DNA of 64,000 nucleotides from an uncultured Oscillospiraceae bacterium (lineage in GTDB: Bacteria > Bacillota > Clostridia > Oscillospirales > Ruminococcaceae): positions 947 to 64,946 of the forward strand of contig CASEBP010000103.1 of assembly GCA_949285275.1 (NCBI GenBank), given 5' to 3'. The notes under the pieces were generated by a model. That model was not told the DNA's origin. It did not search any database and saw nothing but the letters and a program-made list of their open reading frames with translations. The translations under genes and the position numbers were made by a program. Below, piece by piece: positions 1-9,646 of this stretch. The number at the start of each line of letters is the position of its first letter. The stretch's first letter is position 1.

Positions 1-3
1 GCC

Positions 4-3000
4 TTGGTGGGACTCAGCGATGCAATGACCCCCATTTACGATGAGGAGGGCAGGGTCACCCATTACGACGGAAGCGGGGTGGCAGAAAAGCGCTTCAAAA
101 CGCTCGGGGCGGATGACGGCGCCGCGACGGAAATTGATGGCGACAGCTTTGTTATAACCGAGAACGGCAGCTATCTTCTCATCCTCACCGACCGGCTGGG
201 CAACGAGTCCTGGCGGCTCTTCACCGTCACGGGCATCGATACCGCGGCGCCCAGGGTGACGCCGCCGTCGCTCCCGCAGAGCTGGCAGCCGGATCCCGTG
301 GAGATCACCCTTGCCGTTTCGGATGAGGGGAGCGGCATCCGTTCGGTCAAAACCGCATTCACGGCGAGCCGGGACGTGCCGGATGACAGCGCGCTGCGGG
401 AACAGCCATACGACAGCGATGCCCAAACGGTTACGGTGACCACCGCGAACAGCGCGGACCGGTATCTCTACTACCGGGTGACCGATGGGGCCGGCAATGT
501 CACCGACGGCTTCTGCGGGGAGATTTATACAGATACCGGCAGGCCGGAGATTGATGCCGTCCGGCAGATGCCCGGGCTGGAATCCCAGCGGGGGAAGGCG
601 GTGCTGGAGATGGTCACGCAGGACAGTGCGTCAGGCATTACCCGGTACTATTCCGCAGACGGGGAGCATTATCAGGCATTGACCTCTAATATGGTCACCC
701 TCGAGACCCCCGGAAGGCACTATTTCAAGGTGGTCAACGGGGCCGGAACGGAAAGCGATGTCGAGGAGGTCGTGCTCTGCCAGGTGGATTTTTCGACCGG
801 CGGAGCGGATGCGCTGCCTTTCCATCTGGTGCTCGCCGGTGAGACGGTCATCCCGCCTCAAGCCCCTTCCCGTACCGGCTATCGCTTTACCGGATGGAAA
901 AAGGACGGGGAGGCCTATCGCTTTGACGATGCGGTGACCGGGGATCTCACCCTCGCTGCCGGTTGGGAGCTTGAGCCGCCGCTGGTTTCGATTCACACTT
1001 CCTATGACGGCAGCGCCGAACCCTTTGTCTATCACGGCGGAGATCTGCTCTTTGGGGTCAGTGCCACCCATCCCGTGGATGGGATCCGCTATACCTATCA
1101 GTGGCATGATGAGAACGGCAACGGGATTTATGGCGCGAACGGGCAGAACTACGCGGTATCTGCGGCCGATGCCGGGGAATACCGCTATTCCTGCACGGTC
1201 ACTGCCACCGACCGCAGCGGCCTTTCCTCCACCTCTTCCCAAACGGCAGCGGTATCGATAAGGCGGCAGACGGTGGCCGTTCCGGATCCGGATGGCCGCA
1301 CCTTCACCTACAACGGCCGGCCGCAGACCTATGCCGTTGCCAGCGATCCCCGCTATACCGTGCGGGGAAACCTGCAGACCGCTGCCGGCGATCATACCGT
1401 GACGGTTTCGCTCGTCGATACCGTCAACTATCAGTGGGATTCCGATGAGACCGCTGCGCTGCGCTATACCTTTGTAATCCAAAAAGCGCCGGTGCGCTTT
1501 GAGGTGAGCGATTGGCGCCATGATTATGACGCTGCCGAGCAAGCTGCCGGGGTGAACCCACAGACCGATGTGGCCGGGCTGACGGTATCCGAAGAGGATT
1601 ACACCGTTCACTATGAGCAGGGCGGAAGGGCCGTTTCCCCCGTCGGAAGGGGAAGCTATGATATCGTCGTTACCCTGAAAAACGAAAACCTGATATTTGC
1701 GGATGAGGACGACAGCCTGCGGAAGCAGAAGGTGGGGACGCTGGAAATCCTCGGCGCTGCCTATCCCCATGCCGATGCCATGACCTGGCCGCAGGCTGCC
1801 GCGCTGACCTATGGGCAGGCCCTGGGGGAGAGCCCCCTCACCGGAGGCGATCAGGAGGGGGCCGGCCGCTATGCCTGGAAGTCGCCGGATACCATCCCCA
1901 CGGTGGAGAACGACGGGCATATTGTGGTTTTCACCCCGCGGGATCCCAACTATTTTCCGGTGGAACATACGATAAAAATTGAAGTGGCCCCCCGGGAATT
2001 GACCGTCGCAGACGTCGAGGCGCAGACCCGGGACTATGCGCCGGACAACACCGCCGTCACCCTTTCGGGCGGCAGCCTGGTGGGGATTGTCATCCGGGAC
2101 GGTAAGGCGGACGATGTGACGCTTGACGGCACCAACGCCCGGGGAAGGGTGCAGGCGCCGGATGCGGGGCGGAAGCTTCCGGTTTTGGTCAGCGGCTATG
2201 TCCTTGCGGGTGCGGACGCCGCCAACTATACGCTCAGGCAGCCGGGCGATGTTACGGTGGAGATCACCCCCGCCGAGGGCACCGGTTCGGTATCGATGGC
2301 GGATTGGACCTACGGAGAGGCCGCCTCCCTCCCGGCTGTCACCTCGGAGACCAATGGCACCGGTTCGGTCACCTACCGCTACACCGGGACGCTGGCGGAT
2401 GGAACAACCCTGTATGCGTCGGACGATCCGCCCACCGACGCGGGCAGCTACCGGGTGGAGGCCGTTTTTGCCGCCACCAATAACTACCGGGAGGTTAGAA
2501 TGCAGTCGGACTTCACCGTGAACCGGCGCCCGATCCTGATTACCTGGAACAAGCTGGATGCCGTTTACTGCGGTTTTGCCCAGGCGCCGGAGATTACCGC
2601 GCTGATCGATGTGCGGGAGGCCGACCGGGGGAGGGTTTTGGCTTCTGCTGAAGCCTCTGCCCAAACCGATGCGGGTTCCTATGACGCGACAGCCCGGCTT
2701 TCGGGGGAGCGCGCCGAAAATTACACCCTTCGCAACGGGACGGAGACCTTCGTGATCCGGCCGGCCCCGGTCACCATCCAGGTGACCGGAAACAGCAACC
2801 GGGACGATGGGGAGGTGCATACCGCCCAGGTTACCGCCGAGGCGCTGGGGCAGGAATTCTCCGCTTTTTCCGTCCGCTATCAAACGGCAGACGGCGAAAC
2901 GGCGAATCCCCCCGTCGAAGCGGGACGGTATCAGATTCTGGCCGCGCTGACCGATTTCAACTACCGCCACAGCGGCGCAAAGGATGGCGCCGAACGGCAG

Positions 3001-4566
3001 ATCGGCGTGCTGGAGATCTACCGGACAGATGCACCGGCAGTCTATTCGGTGACCTTTTTGCCGGGCGCGGAGGATGTCTCCGGTTCGCTGCCGGTTTTGC
3101 CGGACAGCACGGCGGGAAGCTTTCATTTCCTCCCGGATCCGGGAGAGTTGGAACGGGAAGGATACCGGTTCGCCGGTTGGGAATATGGTGGAAAGATCTA
3201 TGATGCCCACACGGAATTTCTGATGCCAGCCCGGGATGTGACCTTTACCGCCGTCTGGGCGGCATCCCCTTATGAAATCGGCGGTTCGGTGGTTTGGGGG
3301 GAGTCGGATGACCCGAAGCCGGCAGGCGATGTGCTGGTTACCCTGATGCGCGGCAATCAGCAGATTTCGCAGATGACGACAGCGCCGGACGGCTCCTTCA
3401 CTTTCCGACAGGTTACGGCTGGGGTCTATAATCTGATTGCGCGCTATGGAGAGATCGTCCAGACCAAGAAAATTGAACTGATTGGCCAAAATCCCGATCC
3501 CTGCATCCTTCGGCTGCCCCTGGGAAAAACCAACTCGGTACTGACTGTTCTGGACGGGGCTCCCGACGTGGTTGTGGGAAATCTTGAGAAGCTCTTTTTC
3601 GGGGAGCCTGATGAGGTGATTTACACCGAAGCGGATCGTGTGCTGGTCGGGAATGGCGGAACGGTAGAGATCCGCATGACGGCGGACGCGGTCAGTCCCG
3701 CGGCGGACAGCCCGATGGATCAGGCGATCAACAGGCTGCCCGGCGGATTCTGGGAAGGGATTACGCTGAATTTGACCCTTGACAAGTGCCGGAAGGATGC
3801 CGGTGGCAAGGTGCTGGACAATCAGCCCATCACCGAAGCCAATCTGCTCATCGAGATTGTCGTTCCCCTGGACGGCGCACTGCAGGACCGTGATCGGTAT
3901 CGGGTCCTGCGGGAACATGAGGGCACGGTGGATGAGATCGGCATTTCGGAAAACGCCGAAGGAGAATACTATATCCTTCATGAGGATCGCAGGTCGCTGA
4001 CCATCTTTGCCAAGCGGTTTTCTCTCTATTCGGTTTTCTGTTCCGATGACCGCTCGGGCAACGGCGGCGGGGACGGTGGCGGTGAAAGCGTAAGGCCGAA
4101 GCCTCAGCCCGAAACGGAAAAAACAGAGGACGTCAGGTTAACGCCGGTACCGGAACCGGCGGGACAACCGATTGAGGCGGAAAAGGCCGACATCGCCCCG
4201 CCGGCCCGGCCGGAGGAGACGCCGTCTTCCGCTGCTGCGCCGCCGGCGGCAGAAGAGCCGCTCCGGCAGGAAGTTGAGCGGGCAGATGAGCGGGAACAGG
4301 TGTCGCTGCCGGTGGAATTGCCGGCTTTGGAAAAACCGTTTGTACTGCTGAATGCGGTTGGGACGATGCTTTCGGTTGCGCTGGCGCTTTTGAGGAAGAG
4401 CAGAGGGAAATCCCGCTGGCTTGCGATGGGCTGCGCCGCCGGCGCGCTGGCCATTACGCTGCTCACCATCGGCTGGTATGGAATCGTTGCGGCTGACATC
4501 TGGACGATTCCCGTTGCTGCGCTGACGCTGCTGGTTTTCCGCCTTTCCGGGCGGACACAGGCGTAA
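4..4566 (+). CDS. Large multi-domain surface/adhesin-like protein, 5'-truncated by the window edge (Ig-like, 2 InlB B-repeats, MBG-like, YDG, carboxypeptidase-regulatory-like domains, C-terminal hydrophobic anchor)
   Basis: ORF of at least 1520 aa open at the window start. B-repeat motifs 'P.RTGYRFTGW...LTLAAGW' and 'LEREGYRFAGW...DVTFTAVW'; YDG-like 'L.GADAANYTL'; Pro/Glu-rich linker; three hydrophobic segments at the C-terminus. Confidence 0.8.
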   Translation: MVGLSDAMTPIYDEEGRVTHYDGSGVAEKRFKTLGADDGAATEIDGDSFVITENGSYLLILTDRLGNESWRLFTVTGIDTAAPRVTPPSLPQSWQPDPVEITLAVSDEGSGIRSVKTAFTASRDVPDDSALREQPYDSDAQTVTVTTANSADRYLYYRVTDGAGNVTDGFCGEIYTDTGRPEIDAVRQMPGLESQRGKAVLEMVTQDSASGITRYYSADGEHYQALTSNMVTLETPGRHYFKVVNGAGTESDVEEVVLCQVDFSTGGADALPFHLVLAGETVIPPQAPSRTGYRFTGWKKDGEAYRFDDAVTGDLTLAAGWELEPPLVSIHTSYDGSAEPFVYHGGDLLFGVSATHPVDGIRYTYQWHDENGNGIYGANGQNYAVSAADAGEYRYSCTVTATDRSGLSSTSSQTAAVSIRRQTVAVPDPDGRTFTYNGRPQTYAVASDPRYTVRGNLQTAAGDHTVTVSLVDTVNYQWDSDETAALRYTFVIQKAPVRFEVSDWRHDYDAAEQAAGVNPQTDVAGLTVSEEDYTVHYEQGGRAVSPVGRGSYDIVVTLKNENLIFADEDDSLRKQKVGTLEILGAAYPHADAMTWPQAAALTYGQALGESPLTGGDQEGAGRYAWKSPDTIPTVENDGHIVVFTPRDPNYFPVEHTIKIEVAPRELTVADVEAQTRDYAPDNTAVTLSGGSLVGIVIRDGKADDVTLDGTNARGRVQAPDAGRKLPVLVSGYVLAGADAANYTLRQPGDVTVEITPAEGTGSVSMADWTYGEAASLPAVTSETNGTGSVTYRYTGTLADGTTLYASDDPPTDAGSYRVEAVFAATNNYREVRMQSDFTVNRRPILITWNKLDAVYCGFAQAPEITALIDVREADRGRVLASAEASAQTDAGSYDATARLSGERAENYTLRNGTETFVIRPAPVTIQVTGNSNRDDGEVHTAQVTAEALGQEFSAFSVRYQTADGETANPPVEAGRYQILAALTDFNYRHSGAKDGAERQIGVLEIYRTDAPAVYSVTFLPGAEDVSGSLPVLPDSTAGSFHFLPDPGELEREGYRFAGWEYGGKIYDAHTEFLMPARDVTFTAVWAASPYEIGGSVVWGESDDPKPAGDVLVTLMRGNQQISQMTTAPDGSFTFRQVTAGVYNLIARYGEIVQTKKIELIGQNPDPCILRLPLGKTNSVLTVLDGAPDVVVGNLEKLFFGEPDEVIYTEADRVLVGNGGTVEIRMTADAVSPAADSPMDQAINRLPGGFWEGITLNLTLDKCRKDAGGKVLDNQPITEANLLIEIVVPLDGALQDRDRYRVLREHEGTVDEIGISENAEGEYYILHEDRRSLTIFAKRFSLYSVFCSDDRSGNGGGDGGGESVRPKPQPETEKTEDVRLTPVPEPAGQPIEAEKADIAPPARPEETPSSAAAPPAAEEPLRQEVERADEREQVSLPVELPALEKPFVLLNAVGTMLSVALALLRKSRGKSRWLAMGCAAGALAITLLTIGWYGIVAADIWTIPVAALTLLVFRLSGRTQA

Positions 4567-4656
4567 ATGACGATTCCGGCCCGCTTGAATAAGAACATCT
4601 CCCGCCATGCTCAGAGAAGAAAAATCCGCAGAGAGCGAAGCGGCATACCGCTGCAC

Positions 4657-4686
4657 ATGACATTTTCCGCATGGCTGTGATATAAT
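4657..4686 (+). promoter_or_regulatory. Putative sigma-A promoter with extended -10
   Basis: ATGACA-18 nt-TATAAT with TG immediately upstream (TGnTATAAT), ahead of AGGAGGTG RBS and ATG 4719. Confidence 0.55.
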
Positions 4687-4718
4687 GGCGGTGGCAGGAC
4701 AGAGCAGGAGGTGTGGTC

Positions 4719-5450
4719 ATGGCGATAGAAAACGGCGAGTGGGTGATGCGGGGGCTTTCCTGGGACAGCCCCTGCCGCATCCGAAGCTGGGAGGAGCTGA
4801 TCTGCCGGATCGACGAGGTCGGATTTTTGCCTCTTTTCAAAAACGAGATCGACGGATTTTCCGCCGAGGAGCACACCTCCGGCCTCTACTGGTGGAGCGG
4901 CGACCCCGAACAGGACCCCTGGGAGTGGCGGCAGCTCATTGCCCGAAGCGGCCGGGTGGCCTATGGCAAATTTTTTGGCAGGAAAGCCGGTTTTATCTCC
5001 CGAGAATGGTTTCCCCACTTTGCCAACTGGCGGCGGGACGGCTATGATTTTGACAGCCGGTGGGATGAGGGGCTGGCCAATCTGCGGCAGAAGCGGATTA
5101 TGGATCAGTTTTCAACCCATGAGGCGCTGTATTCCTATGAGCTCAAACAGCTGGCTGGCTTTGGCAAAGAGGGGGAGAAGAACTTCGAGGGGATAGTGAC
5201 CGATCTGCAGATGAGCGGGTATCTGCTGATCCGGGATTTTCGCCAGCGCCTCAACCGCAGGGGGCAGCCCTATGGATGGCCTATCTCCGTCTATGCCACA
5301 CCCGAGACACTGTGGGGATATGACCATATCTCCTCTGCCTATTCGGAAGAACCCGCGCAATCGAGGGAACAGATTTATCAACAGGTGTGCCGCTGCTTTC
5401 CCGCTGCGACAGAAGAAACGCTCCGGGCTGTGTTGGAATGGAAAAAATGA
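4719..5450 (+). CDS. AlkZ-related winged-helix protein
   Basis: RBS AGGAGGTG before ATG 4719; 'GFLPLF', 'WEWR..IA....AYGKFF..KAGFIS.EW' pattern recalled from the AlkZ-related family. Confidence 0.6.
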   Translation: MAIENGEWVMRGLSWDSPCRIRSWEELICRIDEVGFLPLFKNEIDGFSAEEHTSGLYWWSGDPEQDPWEWRQLIARSGRVAYGKFFGRKAGFISREWFPHFANWRRDGYDFDSRWDEGLANLRQKRIMDQFSTHEALYSYELKQLAGFGKEGEKNFEGIVTDLQMSGYLLIRDFRQRLNRRGQPYGWPISVYATPETLWGYDHISSAYSEEPAQSREQIYQQVCRCFPAATEETLRAVLEWKK

Positions 5451-5502
5451 GAGACCAGTCTGGATCATCCAAAATGAGATGCCACTGCGAGGGGATGGTC
5501 AT

Positions 5503-5817
5503 ATGAAAAAGTGCAGAATCACCGTCATGCGTATTACCCGGTATGAGGATCTGATGGCCCGGTATGAGAACCCGATCCTTCACGCCTGCGGCATGCAGGA
5601 GGGGCAGATCTTTGTGGCCAACGGTTGGGAAAAACCGGAGGGATTTTGCCAGAGCGCCTGGGATACCCTCTCGCCCTTTGTGCTGGCCTTAAGCCACGGC
5701 GGGGAAAATTTTTACGACGGCTGGATGAAGAACCCCCGGTCTGCGATGCTCTCCTGCAATGACGGTTTTCGCCCGGTCAGCTTTCTGGTCGAGGCGCTGG
5801 ACGAAGACGCGCAATGA
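5503..5817 (+). CDS. TIGR04076 family small Cys-containing protein
   Basis: 104 aa MKKCRITVMR...KPEGFCQSAW...SCNDGFRPVSF; true start is ATG 5503 inside the longer called ORF. Confidence 0.75.
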   Translation: MKKCRITVMRITRYEDLMARYENPILHACGMQEGQIFVANGWEKPEGFCQSAWDTLSPFVLALSHGGENFYDGWMKNPRSAMLSCNDGFRPVSFLVEALDEDAQ

Positions 5818-5829
5818 GGAGGCAATGGG

Positions 5830-6543
5830 ATGTTTGAAAACAAAGTGGCGGTTGTTACCGGTGGGGCCAGAGGAATCGGAAGGACCATCGCCGAGGAATT
5901 TGAAAAGGCAGGTGCGCGGGTGTGCATCATCGACCGGATTTCCAACGGGTATTATGTGGGAGATCTGGCTGATCCGGCGGTACTCGAGGACTTCGTCCGC
6001 AAGGTCGTCGCCGACTGCGGCCATCTGGATTATCTCATCAACAACGCCCCTCCGCTGATGAAGGGAATCGACGAATGCAGCTATGAGGAATTTAACTGCG
6101 CGCTGCGGGTGGGGGTAACGGCGCCGTTCTATCTCGCCAAGCTGTTTGCGCCGCATTTTGCACCTGGCGGCGCTATTGTGAATATCTCCTCCTCCCGGGA
6201 CAGGATGAGTCAGCCTCAGACCGAAAGCTATACGGCGGCCAAGGGCGGTATTTCCGCTCTGACCCATGCGCTGGCGGTGAGTCTCGGCGGCCGGGTGCGG
6301 GTCAACGCCATTTCGCCCGGTTGGATTGACACCAGCTTCACCGTCTATGAAGGGCCGGACGCTGTCCAGCAGCCCGCCGGCCGGGTGGGAAATCCGCTGG
6401 ATATCGCCAACATGGTGCTCTATCTCTGCTCCGATAAGGCAGGCTTCATCACCGGTGAAAATATCTGCATCGATGGCGGAATGACCCGGCAGATGGTCTA
6501 CCACAACGATTTTGGTTGGACGCTGAGGGAAAACGGGAAATAA
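5830..6543 (+). CDS. SDR family oxidoreductase
   Basis: TGGARGIG cofactor motif, NNA, YTAAK catalytic motif, PGWIDT. Confidence 0.9.
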   Translation: MFENKVAVVTGGARGIGRTIAEEFEKAGARVCIIDRISNGYYVGDLADPAVLEDFVRKVVADCGHLDYLINNAPPLMKGIDECSYEEFNCALRVGVTAPFYLAKLFAPHFAPGGAIVNISSSRDRMSQPQTESYTAAKGGISALTHALAVSLGGRVRVNAISPGWIDTSFTVYEGPDAVQQPAGRVGNPLDIANMVLYLCSDKAGFITGENICIDGGMTRQMVYHNDFGWTLRENGK

Positions 6544-6606
6544 GACCGGCTGTCCGCTTCCCCCCTGCGGCAAAAGGACAAGCCGTCTCTCCGGCGGGGT
6601 GAAAAG

Positions 6607-7131
6607 ATGGAACTGGGACTTACCTTTCCGATGCAGCGTTTTCTGAAAAGAAAACCGCCGGCCTACGGCACTGAGCCCGACCGGCGGTTTTGCTGGGATC
6701 TTCATATCATCGGCCTGCGGGGACGAAGCTGCCTGCTGGCTGTCCATTGTCACAGCCGTTATACCTTTGTGCGCTACGATGTGCCGCGGTCTCAATGGGC
6801 GAATCTGCCCGGCCTGTTCCAAGAGGGACTGGCCGAAAGCCTTGCCGCTGCCGGATTGCCGCCGGAGCAGATCGAGACGTATCTGTTTCGGGCGGGGCCT
6901 GTTGCGCTGACCCGTACCCACGGCCGCCGGGAGGTGGCATTTCTCAACCGGGCGTGGGAGGATGTGCTGAGGCTGGATTTGTGCCTGGATCCCTCCCGTC
7001 ACGCTCAGCCTCTGCTTGACCATGCAGTTAACACCTGCCCCAGCCGCTGTGCGGGCTTTGAAGGGCTGGGGACAGCGTTGGAACGGATCCTGGCGCTGGA
7101 AAGCAAAGACTCATCGGTAAAAGCTGATTGA
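6607..7131 (+). CDS. Hypothetical protein, DUF6933-like
   Basis: 'FCWDLH...CLLAVHCHSRYTFV' resembles the DUF6933 N-terminus; co-oriented with the neighbouring genes. Confidence 0.55.
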   Translation: MELGLTFPMQRFLKRKPPAYGTEPDRRFCWDLHIIGLRGRSCLLAVHCHSRYTFVRYDVPRSQWANLPGLFQEGLAESLAAAGLPPEQIETYLFRAGPVALTRTHGRREVAFLNRAWEDVLRLDLCLDPSRHAQPLLDHAVNTCPSRCAGFEGLGTALERILALESKDSSVKAD

Positions 7132-7178
7132 TTTCAAATCGACAGGTCCTGCGCTGCAAAGAGGGAGGCAATATTGAT

Positions 7179-7958
7179 TTGAACAGAGAAGAATGTCTGA
7201 TCTGCAGGGCGCCGCTGGAATACCTGACAGAGGACCAAGTCATGGAGTGCGCTATCTGCCACCGGCGGGAACCCAGCAAGACCCGTTGTGTGAAGGGCCA
7301 CTATGTCTGCAGCGACTGCCATACCCAGGGCATGGACAGTATTTTTGGCCTGTGCCTTGCCGAGACCTGCGCCGATCCCATTGTCATCCTCCGGCGGATG
7401 ATGGACCTTCCCTTCTGCCATATGCACGGTCCGGAGCACCATGTGATGGTCGGGGCGGCGCTGCTCACCGCCTACCGCAATGCCGGTGGCCCGCTGGATC
7501 TGGAGAAGGCGCTGCACGAGATATACAACCGGGGAAAGGAAGTCCCCGGAGGAGCCTGCGGCTTTTGGGGCGCCTGCGGAGCGGGGATCAGTGCAGGACA
7601 GTTTGTGGCGATTGCCACCGCATCTACCCCGTTGGCCCGCGAGCCGTGGGGGCTGAGCAACCGAATGACCGCCCGTGCGCTGGAACACATCGGCGAGGTG
7701 GGAGGTCCCCGCTGCTGCAAGCGGGATTCCTTCCTGTCCGTCCTGGCCGCCGTGGATTTTGTTCGGGAACATCTTGGAGTGAAGATGGAGCGAACCGTTC
7801 CGGTCTGCTCCTACAGCGGCCGGAACAACCAGTGTATTGGCAGGCGCTGCCCCTTCTCGGCGGTCCGTTCTCCGATATCTCGGTTGGAGGAGCCGGAGGC
7901 GGATGGCCTGCACCGGGGAAAGGATGCCGAATCACAAGCGGCGCATCCGGCCGGATAA
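7179..7958 (+). CDS. DUF5714-like Cys-rich protein
   Basis: RBS GGGAGG before TTG 7179; CLIC/CAIC/CSDC, MHGPEHH, GGACGFWGACGA, GGPRCCKR. Confidence 0.75.
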   Translation: MNREECLICRAPLEYLTEDQVMECAICHRREPSKTRCVKGHYVCSDCHTQGMDSIFGLCLAETCADPIVILRRMMDLPFCHMHGPEHHVMVGAALLTAYRNAGGPLDLEKALHEIYNRGKEVPGGACGFWGACGAGISAGQFVAIATASTPLAREPWGLSNRMTARALEHIGEVGGPRCCKRDSFLSVLAAVDFVREHLGVKMERTVPVCSYSGRNNQCIGRRCPFSAVRSPISRLEEPEADGLHRGKDAESQAAHPAG

Positions 7959-8037
7959 GTTTCTGTGATTTTCTATGAAAAAATGCCCGGAGCTTGACTG
8001 CTCCGGGCATTTTTGGGGTGAGACATCTTCCGGCGGC

Positions 8038-8940
<903 letters not shown>

Positions 8941-9058
8941 AGCGATACCTCCTCTTTGCCCTTGCCGGCGATGCCCGGACGGGTGAAAAGCATATGCCCC
9001 GGGCAGGCAGAAACTGCGGCCGTCCGGTTGACGGCGCCGGTTTATCCGCCCGGCGCGC

Positions 9059-9451
9059 TCAGAAGGTGACGGTGCGGCTGGGCTCGGTGAAGGAGGAGAA
9101 GACGGCAGTTGCCTCGGTCAGTGCGAAAATCATCGTATTTCCGTCGCCGGGGGTATAAGCTCCGCGAAGATTGGGGTAGGCGTCGAGCATATGCTCCTGG
9201 GCGGCAACCTCGGGCACTTCCACGGCCTTGGCCGCCAGACGCAGCCAGTTCTTTCCGTCAAACGCACAGAGCTCAACGCGGGGATTTGCCAGCATCTGCT
9301 GTGCGACATCCTTCTTGCGGCCGGTCTGGATGGTGAGCTGGCCGTTATACCGGTCGATGGTGCCGAACGGGCGTACCCGGGGCTGTTCCCCGTCCATCGT
9401 GGCCAGGTAATAGGTACCACAAGCTTTCAGAAACGTATAGACCTCTTCCAT
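9059..9451 (-). CDS. Pyridoxamine 5'-phosphate oxidase-like (NimC/NimA-related) FMN-binding protein
   Basis: [28 protein letters not shown]; start at ATG 9451 after GAGGG RBS. Confidence 0.8.
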   Translation of the reverse strand: MEEVYTFLKACGTYYLATMDGEQPRVRPFGTIDRYNGQLTIQTGRKKDVAQQMLANPRVELCAFDGKNWLRLAAKAVEVPEVAAQEHMLDAYPNLRGAYTPGDGNTMIFALTEATAVFSSFTEPSRTVTF

Positions 9452-9584
9452 GAAATATCCCTCCTTGTTTTTTTCATTGTATACCCGCAGCCGGCGCAGC
9501 GTCAAGATGATGGCATCGATCGGACGGATACGGCGGGAGTTTACATCACATGTGCTGCTCGGCGGGCGCTATCGCCCCGAAAAG

Positions 9585-9631
9585 AAAACACAGCGGCCTT
9601 GAACCTCATGGGATCAAAGCCGCTGTGTCTT
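9585..9631 (-). terminator. Intrinsic terminator after the SCIFF maturase
   Basis: ACACAGCGGC...GCCGCTGTGT stem followed by a T-tract on the minus strand. Confidence 0.7.
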
Positions 9632-9646
9632 GGCGGAAAGATCATC

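Noticed and set aside
631-3981. 1116-aa antisense ORF over the adhesin
   Set aside because: Stop-free antisense frame expected from high-GC codon bias; no recognisable domains
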